A stretch of 62,197 bases of DNA, filler included. It is 4 parts of 4 records of this genome, joined end to end, with 100 filler letters (N's around TTAATTAATTAA, not from the genome) between each part and the next. Parts side by side here need not be neighbours in the genome. Positions count along the whole stretch, not along the records: positions 25,907 to 40,049 come from DRR723986_7767; positions 40,150 to 55,935 come from DRR723986_7771; 2 more parts are not named here. One strand, given 5' to 3'. A program made the position numbers and the translations under genes. Each line of letters opens with the position of its first letter. The first letter of the stretch is position 1. Below, in pieces: positions 31,162-40,273 of this stretch. The notes beneath the pieces were generated by a model. The model did no database searches. It saw only the letters and a list, made by a program, of their open reading frames with translations, and was not told the DNA's origin.

Positions 31162-31508
31162 TCCAGTTTAACAGAGCGGATCAATTTACGCTCAAGCACA
31201 CGTAGAACTGTTTTCAGATCCTGACCCCGCTTCAGGATTTGCCCATCCATCCCCACAACCGAATACATCCCTTGGCGCATCCGCAACTTGGGGCGTTTTT
31301 CGATCCTATAAAGCGGGTATTCGGCGGTTCTGCGAAATACGGAAAAAACGGCTATCTCGCGCAGGCATGAAATCCCGTAATCACGCCACTCTCCTGCGGC
31401 GACCATACGGCCATACAGAGATAATATCATAGACAGTTCGCGGCGATCAAAAGCGACCTGCATCGGTGCCGGTCCCGATGACATTGAGCTGGGAGGCTGC
31501 ATATTCAT
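31158..31508 (-). CDS. DUF2794 family protein
   Basis: FDRRELSMILSLYGRMVAAGEWRDYG and PLYRIEKRP. Confidence 0.88.
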   Translation of the reverse strand: MNMQPPSSMSSGPAPMQVAFDRRELSMILSLYGRMVAAGEWRDYGISCLREIAVFSVFRRTAEYPLYRIEKRPKLRMRQGMYSVVGMDGQILKRGQDLKTVLRVLERKLIRSVKLD

Positions 31509-31552
31509 CCCCCAACCTTGCCACAACTGACGCCAAATTCAAGTCTGCCGCA

Positions 31553-31744
31553 ACGCGTTCACCCTTTGGTGAAACTGGAATTGCACGTCCCCCACATCTT
31601 AACGCCCATGGGTCTTGGGCCCCCAATCGGCTGTCTTTCGTGTCCAGAATCGATTGGGATTGTCTTCGTCCATGCCGCGCAGATGACGGGCTCGCAAGGC
31701 TGGAAGGGCCCGAGTAACCAACTCCTCATAGGGGTGAACTGTGT
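31553..31744. ncRNA. Candidate structured non-coding RNA
   Basis: Closing stem GTTCACCC (31557-64)/GGGTGAAC (31732-39) encloses hairpins GCCCA/TGGGC, CCCAATCG/CGATTGGG and CGGGCTC/GGGCCCG; no credible ORF. Confidence 0.4.
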
Positions 31745-31961
31745 AAATCTCTATGATAATTCAACTCAACTGGTCGGGACCGACACAGGAAGACATCGAA
31801 AGCTCGACACAAGACACCGTGCCAGTACTCCCTATTGTAGCATTAATACCAGCGCCCGTTGAACGCGAACGCTGAATTCCGGGCATAGAACAGGAGACCT
31901 AATCATAATCACCGCAGGTCAGCAGGTCTTGGCAAGTGATTGCGGCCAAACCACGTTCGCT

Positions 31962-31987
31962 ATTTGGTTCAGGCTCCTGAACCAAAT
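31962..31987. repeat. Perfect 12-bp inverted repeat
   Basis: ATTTGGTTCAGG-ct-CCTGAACCAAAT. Confidence 0.75.
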
Positions 31988-32300
31988 GCGATGCCCTGTT
32001 TCGCTTAGGAATTTATCCTATGTGCTCTGCCGCAGTCTCATACGACACCCGTGACAAAAGCTCTCGTGGGATTGCCAGAATCTGTTCAAAAGCATCTAAC
32101 CCAGTTGCGCTGATCAACAAGCCGCGTTTCCCTATTTGACGCTGCACCCAAGACATCAAGCCTATGAAACAAAGTCATAAGACGACCCTACCGTGTGATC
32201 GTCTGCACCCACAGAAAAAGCACTTCGTTCACGATCGAACTGATTTGAAATCAATTTTGGCTTTAACACCCTGCTAACATCCATGCCGGATGGTCAGCTT

Positions 32301-32747
32301 ATGCGGTATTGTCTTATCTGTCTCTTCGTTGTGCTCACAGGCCTAAGCGGGGCATCCTTGGCCGAAGATATCATGGCTGTCAGCCACCCACGAGTCAAAG
32401 ACCGCATTGCCCTTATGCGCAACGCCCATCACGCCCTGAGTGTGCTGGTGGATATGGCAGCTGGGCGGCTCATGTTTGACAAACAACAAGCGAAAACAAA
32501 CCGCCGGGCCCTGATAAAGACAACCCGCAAAATACCAGAACGATTTCGCAACAACCCGAGCGACCCCGCCTCGAACGCTCGCGAAAAGATTTGGGACAAT
32601 TGGGGGGGGTTTAAAACGCACGCCAAATCCGCCAATCAAAAGGCCAAGCTGATCAATACACGGAACTTAGGAAAACTGCGCCAAAGCTTGCAACCGATGA
32701 TGCACGCCTGCCTGAGCTGTCACAAAACGTATCGCAAGCCGCCTTAA
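32301..32747 (+). CDS. Class II cytochrome c (c'/c556 family)
   Basis: Signal peptide, RIALM, KIWDNW and C-terminal CLSCH heme motif. Confidence 0.88.
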   Translation: MRYCLICLFVVLTGLSGASLAEDIMAVSHPRVKDRIALMRNAHHALSVLVDMAAGRLMFDKQQAKTNRRALIKTTRKIPERFRNNPSDPASNAREKIWDNWGGFKTHAKSANQKAKLINTRNLGKLRQSLQPMMHACLSCHKTYRKPP

Positions 32748-33019
32748 CCGCAGCGAACGCCTGTGATTATGTCAGCGTCATCCACCTCAACATTGACACG
32801 ATCAGGACGAAAATCCTGTGTCACTGCTGAATTTGGCGCAACAACCCGCGCATTCTTTGGCAATTTCCCGTCAAGCTGCGCAGCTGGTTGCCCGACGAAA
32901 GCAAGCCATTCCTGCCCGTTGCAGCCGCTTAAATCTGGACTGTTTTCGTCTGCCACGCTTTCAACTGCGCCTTGAGCGCACGCAGCCACAAAAACAAACG
33001 CCATCAATACATATCGCAT
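32744..33019 (-). CDS. Peptidase inhibitor I78 family lipoprotein
   Basis: Lipobox VAAC; VTQDFRPDRVNV...RCG. Confidence 0.88.
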   Translation of the reverse strand: MRYVLMAFVFVAACAQGAVESVADENSPDLSGCNGQEWLAFVGQPAAQLDGKLPKNARVVAPNSAVTQDFRPDRVNVEVDDADIITGVRCG

Positions 33020-33690
33020 CAGCAACGCCTACTCTTTGTCCCGTTCAGCTCCAAGTTACCTGCGACTTGGTTCCTAGATTGATACCGCGCGAGGAACATA
33101 TCTACCGCATTCCGCGCCACGTCTTCGATCTCATCTTCACTAAACTGGCTTTGGATACCAAAGACGGCACGTGTCCACAACTTGACCTTACACAGCTCTG
33201 AAAATTGCTCGGCGGCCATGGGAATGTCGTCGATAACCAACTCTCCATTTTCTACAGCTTTCAGCAGGAACTCACTTATCCGCTCTTTGCCGTTCTCGGG
33301 ACCCGCCGCATAAAAGGCGCGCCCTAATTCCGGAAAGCGATCCCGCTCAGCCACACAGATCCGAAACACTTGTTGCGCAAATTCAGATGTCAGGAACCCC
33401 ACAACCTGAACTGCGGTTACCATCAACACTTCGCGTAACGGCTTTGTTTCATCAATCATCGCCACTATCTTTTCAGACATCAGCGTGCATTCTGTCTGGG
33501 CGACTTCCATAAACAGCAACCGTTTGTCCGGAAAGTAGCTGTACAGAGTCGCCTTGGACACGCCTGCTGCACGCGCGATATCGTCTACGCTTGCACCCTC
33601 GAACCCATCTGCCATGAATACATCTCGGGCCCCGCGCAAAACTTGATCGAATTTTCGACCCGTACGCAGGATAGTGGCTGTATCGGGCAT
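33019..33690 (-). CDS. TetR/AcrR family regulator
   Basis: SVDDIARAAGVSKATLYSYF HTH; RFPELGRAFY. Confidence 0.93.
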   Translation of the reverse strand: MPDTATILRTGRKFDQVLRGARDVFMADGFEGASVDDIARAAGVSKATLYSYFPDKRLLFMEVAQTECTLMSEKIVAMIDETKPLREVLMVTAVQVVGFLTSEFAQQVFRICVAERDRFPELGRAFYAAGPENGKERISEFLLKAVENGELVIDDIPMAAEQFSELCKVKLWTRAVFGIQSQFSEDEIEDVARNAVDMFLARYQSRNQVAGNLELNGTKSRRC

Positions 33691-33726
33691 GGCGATTCCT
33701 GAAATTTGGCTATGCAGTAACGTATA

Positions 33727-33738
33727 AACCGGTCGGTT
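33727..33738. promoter_or_regulatory. Candidate TetR autoregulatory operator
   Basis: AACCG-gt-CGGTT palindrome about 40 bp upstream of the tetR start. Confidence 0.4.
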
Positions 33739-33790
33739 CAGTTTCAACGACTATTATAAGAGCGGTTGTATTTGCCGCGCAACGCACTAA

Positions 33791-33807
33791 CTTAGAACCG
33801 TTCTAAT
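33791..33807. promoter_or_regulatory. Iron control element (ICE, Irr box) upstream of mbfA
   Basis: cTTAGAA-ccg-TTCTAAt versus consensus TTTAGAA-N3-TTCTAAA, 12 bp before the ATG. Confidence 0.85.
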
Positions 33808-33819
33808 TAGGTGTGAAAA

Positions 33820-34794
33820 ATGAGATTCTTAGCCCAACGAAAACGGTTCCGGGATTTATCAGAACAAGAAGTCCTCGCGTTGGCCATCTCTTCGGAAGAA
33901 GACGATGCGCGTATCTATCGCGGCTATGCTGAAACACTGCGGGCTGATTTTCCAGCCACCGCGAAAATCTTTGATGGCATGGCTACCGAAGAAGACACGC
34001 ATCGTGCCCGTCTCATTGCGCTGCACGAATCTCGGTTTGGTCACGTTATCCCGCTCATCCGGCGCGAACATGTGGCTGGGTATTATGCCCGACGCCCCAT
34101 CTGGTTGGTCGAAAACCTTGGCATTGATCGCATCCGCAGCGAGGCCGAGGCGATGGAACGCGACGCCGAACGGTTTTATCTGGCTGCCGCAGCGCGTACC
34201 ACCGATAGCGCAACGCGCAAATTGCTTGGTGATCTGGCGGCCGCAGAAGCCGGACATCAAAACACCGCAGCCGAGCTGAGCGAAACCCATCTAACCGGCG
34301 ACATAAAGACAGACGAAGATGCCACGGCACACCGGCAATTTATCCTGACTTGGGTGCAGCCAGGTTTGGCCGGGTTGATGGATGGTTCTGTCTCTACGCT
34401 CGCGCCGATCTTTGCCACCGCATTCGCCACACAGGACACGTGGACCACCTTTCTGGTTGGTGTCGCCGCGTCTGTGGGCGCGGGGATCTCGATGGGCTTT
34501 ACCGAGGCCGCGTCTGATGACGGAGAGCTATCCGGGCGTGGATCCCCGATGAAACGCGGCCTCGCCTCTGGGATTATGACCACCGTTGGGGGCTTGGGCC
34601 ACGCGTTACCGTATCTCATCCCTGATTTCTGGACCGCGACCTCTCTGGCGTTTCTCATCGTGTTCATTGAGCTATGGGCGATTGCGTGGATTCAGAACAA
34701 ATACATGGAAACACCGTTCTTCCGGGCTGCATTTCAGGTGGTTCTGGGCGGTGCGTTGGTTCTGGGGGCCGGGATTCTCATCGGCAGCGGCTAA
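33820..34794 (+). CDS. mbfA: Membrane-bound ferritin-like iron exporter MbfA
   Basis: Rubrerythrin-like ExxH motifs (EEDTH, AEAGH) plus VIT1/CCC1 domain QPGLAGLMDGSVSTLAP. Confidence 0.93.
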   Translation: MRFLAQRKRFRDLSEQEVLALAISSEEDDARIYRGYAETLRADFPATAKIFDGMATEEDTHRARLIALHESRFGHVIPLIRREHVAGYYARRPIWLVENLGIDRIRSEAEAMERDAERFYLAAAARTTDSATRKLLGDLAAAEAGHQNTAAELSETHLTGDIKTDEDATAHRQFILTWVQPGLAGLMDGSVSTLAPIFATAFATQDTWTTFLVGVAASVGAGISMGFTEAASDDGELSGRGSPMKRGLASGIMTTVGGLGHALPYLIPDFWTATSLAFLIVFIELWAIAWIQNKYMETPFFRAAFQVVLGGALVLGAGILIGSG

Positions 34795-34833
34795 GGGCAT
34801 TGCGGATCGGTCAAATCATGTTACCAATCCGCC

Positions 34834-35763
34834 ATGGTTGAGATTTTCCTGCGCACCTTACCGTTTTTCGTGATTATCGGCCTGGGGTACTGGGCCGGGC
34901 GCACCCGGTTTTTCAGCGAAGAGGCCACGGCCTATCTCACCAAATTCGTGTTCTTCTTTGCCCTGTCGGCGATGCTGTTCCGATTTGCAGCCAACCTGCC
35001 CTTTGCTGAGATCTTTAACGGTCGGCTTGTGCTGGGCTATTTGCTGGGAACCGCCGGTGTCTATGCCATCGCAACCATCGTGGCCTATTTTCGTCGATTG
35101 GATATCCCGACAGCCGCAGTCGAAGCGCAATGCGCAGCCATTGGCAATGTCGGGTTTCTGGGGCTTCCAATGCTCGCCATGTTGTTTGGCGAGGCAGCAA
35201 TTGGCCCTGTTATGCTGGTTCTGACTGTCGATCTGGTAGTTTTCTCCTCGCTCATTGTCATTTTGATCAATGGTGGGCGGGATGGTCGATTGACTCTGAA
35301 AACCGCACGGTTGATTGGGCTGGGCTTGGTCAAAAACCCGATGATTGTCTCGATCTCTGCCGGGTTGATCTGGTCCGCTCTGCAAATCCCAATCCCGCAA
35401 CCGATGAACGATTTTCTCACCATTCTGGGTGGCGCAGCTACACCCGGCGCGCTGTTTGCAATCGGGGCCTCTCTTGCCAGCAAATCCGCCGAACGCATGC
35501 ACATCGCGGGGTGGCTCAGCTTTTGTAAACTTGTCTTACACCCGCTGTTGGTCGCTGCTGCTTTGATCTATGTATTTCCCATTGCAGCGTTCCCTGCAGC
35601 GGTCGCCATCGCAGCTGCCGCATTGCCAGTCGCAGGTAACGTCTACATGTTGGCCGCGCACTATGGCGTGGCCCCCCACCGTGCATCGGCGGCAATCCTT
35701 GTTTCGACCGTGATCAGCATCGCCACCGTTCCGTTGGTGATTGCCTGGGTAGGTACACCCTAA
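34834..35763 (+). CDS. AEC (auxin efflux carrier) family transporter
   Basis: About 10 TM segments; GNVGFLGLP, KNP, KLVLHP and ALPVAGN motifs. Confidence 0.9.
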   Translation: MVEIFLRTLPFFVIIGLGYWAGRTRFFSEEATAYLTKFVFFFALSAMLFRFAANLPFAEIFNGRLVLGYLLGTAGVYAIATIVAYFRRLDIPTAAVEAQCAAIGNVGFLGLPMLAMLFGEAAIGPVMLVLTVDLVVFSSLIVILINGGRDGRLTLKTARLIGLGLVKNPMIVSISAGLIWSALQIPIPQPMNDFLTILGGAATPGALFAIGASLASKSAERMHIAGWLSFCKLVLHPLLVAAALIYVFPIAAFPAAVAIAAAALPVAGNVYMLAAHYGVAPHRASAAILVSTVISIATVPLVIAWVGTP

Positions 35764-35867
35764 CCTATTCCACGAAAAAAAGAGCCCTACTCAGTGCTTC
35801 ACCTACTGGACGCACACGACAACGCTCGCTAGCGATAAAGCAACCATAAACGCGAAGGACCACATTC

Positions 35868-36698
35868 ATGGAAACCCTCTCAGAAAATGCCTGCTTTGGT
35901 GGCAAACAGGGCGTTTACCGTCACACATCAACAGCCTGCAAATGCGACATGACCTTTGGACTGTTCCTGCCCGCTGAGGCGCAAGATGGTCCCGTGCCGG
36001 TTTTGTGGTACCTGTCGGGTTTGACTTGCACCCACGACAACGCCATGACCAAAGCCGGCGCGCAAGCATGGGCCGCTGAGCAAGGCATCGCTCTGGTGTT
36101 TCCGGACACCTCACCGCGCGGCGAAGGCGTGGCAGACGACGAAGCCTATGATCTGGGTCAAGGCGCCGGGTTCTATGTAAACGCGACACAAGAACCTTGG
36201 GCCCCGCATTTCAAAATGTGGGACTATATCGCCGAAGAGCTGCCCACCTTGATCACCGAAAACTTTCCCATCGACCCCGATCGCCAGTCGATCACGGGCC
36301 ACTCGATGGGCGGACACGGTGCGCTGACGCTGGCCATGAACCTGCCGGGACGGTATCGCTCTGTTTCGGCATTTGCACCTATTTCTAACCCGACGGGAGC
36401 AGATTGGGGCCGCAAACAATTGTCCGCCTATCTGGGCGACGACGAAGCGAACTGGGCGAAACACGATGCCAGCCTGTTGATGCGCGACGTTGGGTTTCAA
36501 GGGCCTGTATTGATCGACACCGGCGCCTCGGATCAATTCATCGACCTGCTGCGCCCCGAAGAGCTGTCACAGGCGATTGCACAAAAGCGCCAGCAAGCTG
36601 TGGTCCGCCTGCAGCCCGGATACGATCATTCATATTTCTTTGTGTCGACGTTTATGGAAGATCACGTGACCTTCCACGCCGAACACTTGTGGGCCTAA
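35868..36698 (+). CDS. fghA: S-formylglutathione hydrolase
   Basis: LSGLTC, PDTSPRG, GHSMGGHG and GYDHSYFF motifs. Confidence 0.96.
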   Translation: METLSENACFGGKQGVYRHTSTACKCDMTFGLFLPAEAQDGPVPVLWYLSGLTCTHDNAMTKAGAQAWAAEQGIALVFPDTSPRGEGVADDEAYDLGQGAGFYVNATQEPWAPHFKMWDYIAEELPTLITENFPIDPDRQSITGHSMGGHGALTLAMNLPGRYRSVSAFAPISNPTGADWGRKQLSAYLGDDEANWAKHDASLLMRDVGFQGPVLIDTGASDQFIDLLRPEELSQAIAQKRQQAVVRLQPGYDHSYFFVSTFMEDHVTFHAEHLWA

Positions 36699-36704
36699 GC
36701 AAAA

Positions 36705-37157
36705 ATGACGCTCTTCATTGATGCCGATGCCTGTCCCGTCAAAGCCGAAGCCGAACGGGTTGCGACCCGCCATCGGTTGAAAATGTACGTTGTTTCAAAT
36801 GGCGGATTGCGACCATCGCAGAATCCATTTGTGGAAAACGTCATTGTGGCCGCCGGCGCAGACGAAGCGGATATGTGGATTGCAGAGCGTTGCGGCAAGG
36901 GGGATGTCGTTGTCACTGGCGACATCCCCCTTGCCGCCAAATGCATCGAAGCAGGGGCACGGGTGATCCGCCACAATGGTGAAGCATTCACCCCCGCCAA
37001 TATTGGACAACAATTGGCAATGCGCGATCTGATGGCCGACATGCGCGCGGCCAACCCACTGGGCGCTGGCGGTGGCGGCAAAGCCTTTTCCAAAGCAGAC
37101 CGATCCCGGTTTCTAGACGCGTTGGAGCGCGAATTGCGCGCCGCTGCCCGCAGCTAA
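36705..37157 (+). CDS. YaiI/YqxD family protein (DUF188)
   Basis: IDADACPVK and VVTGDIPLA motifs. Confidence 0.93.
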   Translation: MTLFIDADACPVKAEAERVATRHRLKMYVVSNGGLRPSQNPFVENVIVAAGADEADMWIAERCGKGDVVVTGDIPLAAKCIEAGARVIRHNGEAFTPANIGQQLAMRDLMADMRAANPLGAGGGGKAFSKADRSRFLDALERELRAAARS

Positions 37158-37285
37158 CCCCGCTCGCAAGACCTCCCGCCCGTCGGGATCGCATCACAGA
37201 TGCGCAACCTCCCGTTGGGCCGAGCGGTGCACGGGCAAGCCCGCACACCGCAGGCGCGCATTCACCTAACGCATTGGAAGTGTAA

Positions 37286-38248
37286 ATGGCCGGTCAGGGC
37301 AATGTGAACATTCTGGGCGTGCTGGCCGCAGTCGGCGCCGGTATCTCTTTTTCGATCATCGATACCATCTTCAAATTCCTATCTGGGGACTACCCGCTTT
37401 ATGAGGTGGTATTGATGCGCTCTATCGGGGCGCTGATCATCTTGTTGGCGATCATCGTTCCGCTTGAGGGCGGGTATCATATTTTGCGCACCGACAAGCC
37501 ACGGCTTCACCTCTTGCGGTGTTGCGCAGTCTTGTTTGCGAACCTGTGTTTCTTTACCGGGCTAGCGATCATGCCCTTGGCCGAAGCCGTGGCGATTGCT
37601 TTTGCCACGCCGTTGATCGTCACAACCCTTTCGGTGATCTTCCTGAAGGAACGCGTTGGACCATGGCGGTGGACTTCTGTGGGAATCGGGTTTCTGGGCG
37701 TCTTGGTGATCATGCGCCCGGGGCTGGACACCTTCCAACCCTCAGCCGTATTGCCGCTCTTTGGTGCCTGCGGTTACGCAACGCTCCATATTCTAACCCG
37801 CAGCGTCGGTGGCACAGAACGCGGCGCGACACTGGCGTTTTATCCAATGTTCGGATTCCTCGTTGTGAGTGCCTGTGTTGGACTGGCCTTTGGGGACGGC
37901 CGGTTTGCCAATTCCGAAAGTGCTGCCTTAGATTTCATTTTCCGCGCATGGATCTGGCCCGCGCCAGAAGATTGGAAATACTTTATCGGCGTCGGCGTTG
38001 TTGGATCTGTGGGCGGGTATCTGGTCAGCCAAGCCTATCGGCTTTGCGAGGCAGGGCTTGTCGCCCCCTTTGAATACATCGCGATGCCAATGGCGGTGCT
38101 CTGGGGACTACTTGTGTTCAACGAATGGCCCGATTTGCCGGTCTGGATCGGTTCCGGCTTGATCATTGGCTCTGGGCTTGTTTCAGTCTGGCGGGAAACC
38201 CGCCGCACCCGGCCCGCCAGCCGCCCGCGCCCCCGTTCAATTGGTTAG
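37286..38248 (+). CDS. DMT/EamA family transporter
   Basis: About 10 TM segments; LKERVG..RW and VAPFEY motifs. Confidence 0.9.
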   Translation: MAGQGNVNILGVLAAVGAGISFSIIDTIFKFLSGDYPLYEVVLMRSIGALIILLAIIVPLEGGYHILRTDKPRLHLLRCCAVLFANLCFFTGLAIMPLAEAVAIAFATPLIVTTLSVIFLKERVGPWRWTSVGIGFLGVLVIMRPGLDTFQPSAVLPLFGACGYATLHILTRSVGGTERGATLAFYPMFGFLVVSACVGLAFGDGRFANSESAALDFIFRAWIWPAPEDWKYFIGVGVVGSVGGYLVSQAYRLCEAGLVAPFEYIAMPMAVLWGLLVFNEWPDLPVWIGSGLIIGSGLVSVWRETRRTRPASRPRPRSIG

Positions 38249-38257
38249 GAATATTAT

Positions 38258-38878
38258 ATGCCCATTCACGCCGTCATTTTTGACATCGGTAACGTTCTGA
38301 TCGAATGGCAGCCTGAGCGACACTATGATCGGGTCATCGGCAAAGAGCGACGTGAGGCGATGTTCGCCGAGGTTGATCTGCACGGGATGAACGATCTGGT
38401 GGATCAAGGGCACCACTTTACCGACACCATTTATGAATGGGCCGAAAAATACCCGGAGTGGCGCGATGAAATCCGCATGTGGCATGACGATTGGATCGAA
38501 TTGGCAGCCCCCGAAATTCCACATTCCGTGCGCCTGTTACGGGCCCTGCGCAGCAAAAACATCCCGGTCTTTGCTCTGACCAATTTCGGCGTGCAAAACT
38601 TTGATTATGCGACAACCGTCTATCCGTTCCTGAATGAGTTCGACCGGTTGTACGTCTCGGGCCGGATGAAAACCGTAAAGCCGCATTCCGACATTTATCA
38701 ACGCGTCGAAGAGGATTGTCAGTTAGCCCCGGAAGCCCTCTTGTTTGCGGACGATCGTCTAGAAAACATAGAAGCCGCCCAAGCGCGGGGATGGGCGACG
38801 CACCACTTCACCACGCCGCAAGGCTGGGCAGAGTGTCTTGTCTCTGCGGGTTTGTTGTCTCCAAACGAAGCCAAATAG
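38258..38878 (+). CDS. HAD family phosphatase
   Basis: FDIGNV, LTNF, KP and FADD motifs. Confidence 0.9.
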   Translation: MPIHAVIFDIGNVLIEWQPERHYDRVIGKERREAMFAEVDLHGMNDLVDQGHHFTDTIYEWAEKYPEWRDEIRMWHDDWIELAAPEIPHSVRLLRALRSKNIPVFALTNFGVQNFDYATTVYPFLNEFDRLYVSGRMKTVKPHSDIYQRVEEDCQLAPEALLFADDRLENIEAAQARGWATHHFTTPQGWAECLVSAGLLSPNEAK

Positions 38879-39046
38879 GACCTCTCCTAGCCCCTTCTGA
38901 CCCGGGGGCGCAGCAGGTTTGGCTTGATTTTACCAGCTAAAGCCTATGCGCCACCGCCAGATGACATTACGCTATCTAAAACGGTAACAGGCCGATCCGG
39001 CCCCCTTTATTCGCCGTTCCCTTTTCAACCGGCGGTGCTTGGCACA

Positions 39047-39976
39047 ATGATCTTATTTCTCATAGTTCTCCTTGTTATCCTCATCTCTGTGCCCTTCGCA
39101 ATCGAAGCAAGGCGCAAACCAATGGGCCGCGAAGCACGCCACGAAGCCCCCGGCGAATTAATTGAGCTGTCCCGCGGCGTCACGCATTTCCAATGGCATG
39201 GCCCGGTGCGCGGACCCATCGCCGTCTGTGTGCACGGGCTCACGACACCGTCCTTTGTGTGGCAGGGATTGGTGACCGGCCTCACCGCGATGGGATACCG
39301 TGTTTTGACCTATGATCTGTATGGACGTGGATATTCAGACCGCCCCACAGACCCCCAAACGGCTGATTTCTTCATCACCCAACTCGAAGAGCTATTGGCC
39401 GCGCAGGATGTAGTCGAAGACATCACCCTGATCGGGTACTCGATGGGTGGCGCGATTTCGACCAGCTACACGGCCAAACATCCGCATCGGGTCCGCCATC
39501 TAGTGCTTCTTGCTTCAGCCGGGATGCGTTTATCGACAGATCGCATGGCAAAATATATCCGCAAAACGCCCATCATCGGCGACTGGCTAATGATGGCGTT
39601 TTTTCCAACCCGCCATCGCACCGGTGCCGAAGCGGAACGCGGCTTGCCCAGTTCAGTTCCCAATATCGTCGACCTGCAACAGCGCGAACTGGACTATCGC
39701 GGATTTGTCCGAAGCGTTCTGTCCAGCCTGCGCAATTTGCTGTCACAAGATCAGCACTCAGAACACAAGACGATCTATCGCGCAGGCGTACCTGTGTTGG
39801 CGATCTGGGGGCGGCAAGACAGCGTGATCCCGATCCAGGCAATGGGCATGCTGACCGAGTGGAGCCGCACAACCCGACAAGAGGTGATCGAGGATGCAGG
39901 TCATTCCCTAGCCTACACCCACTCGGAGGAGATTATCCAAATTCTACAACAGCGACTGCGCGAAGGTTTGAACTAG
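39047..39976 (+). CDS. Membrane-anchored alpha/beta hydrolase
   Basis: N-terminal TM; VHG, DLYGRGYS, GYSMGG, WGRQD and AGH motifs. Confidence 0.9.
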   Translation: MILFLIVLLVILISVPFAIEARRKPMGREARHEAPGELIELSRGVTHFQWHGPVRGPIAVCVHGLTTPSFVWQGLVTGLTAMGYRVLTYDLYGRGYSDRPTDPQTADFFITQLEELLAAQDVVEDITLIGYSMGGAISTSYTAKHPHRVRHLVLLASAGMRLSTDRMAKYIRKTPIIGDWLMMAFFPTRHRTGAEAERGLPSSVPNIVDLQQRELDYRGFVRSVLSSLRNLLSQDQHSEHKTIYRAGVPVLAIWGRQDSVIPIQAMGMLTEWSRTTRQEVIEDAGHSLAYTHSEEIIQILQQRLREGLN

Positions 39977-39981
39977 CGGCT

Positions 39982-40049
39982 TCAGGCGTTCAGCGCCTCT
40001 AGCGGCCGTTCACGGATGGGCAGGTGCACAATCGCGCTGAACGCGCCAA
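39982..40049 (-). CDS. C-terminal fragment of a probable MFS transporter
   Basis: GAFSAIVHLPIRERPLEALNA* at the contig end. Confidence 0.5.
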
Positions 40050-40149
40050 NNNNNNNNNNNNNNNNNNNNNNNNNNNNNNNNNNNNNNNNNNNNTTAATTA
40101 ATTAANNNNNNNNNNNNNNNNNNNNNNNNNNNNNNNNNNNNNNNNNNNN
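40050..40149. other. Artificial contig linker
   Basis: N-run, TTAATTAATTAA, N-run. Confidence 0.98.
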
Positions 40150-40273
40150 CTGAATGCAATGAAAGGGGCGCAGCGCTCTTGCCTCAGAAAAATAGCTTAA
40201 CAGCAAAACAACTCTAGCCAAATGCGGTGAGCGGTTTACGTAACAAATCAAAACAGCAAACAGCCTGGAAACA

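Noticed and set aside
31466-31862. Short ORFs in the DUF2794-cytochrome intergenic region
   Set aside because: No recognisable RBS or motifs; they overlap the DUF2794 start or upstream region and the structured segment
32240-32254. FNR-like box upstream of the cytochrome c gene
   Set aside because: CTGAT-N5-ATCAA has the wrong spacing (consensus TTGAT-N4-ATCAA); only a 6-1-6 palindrome remains
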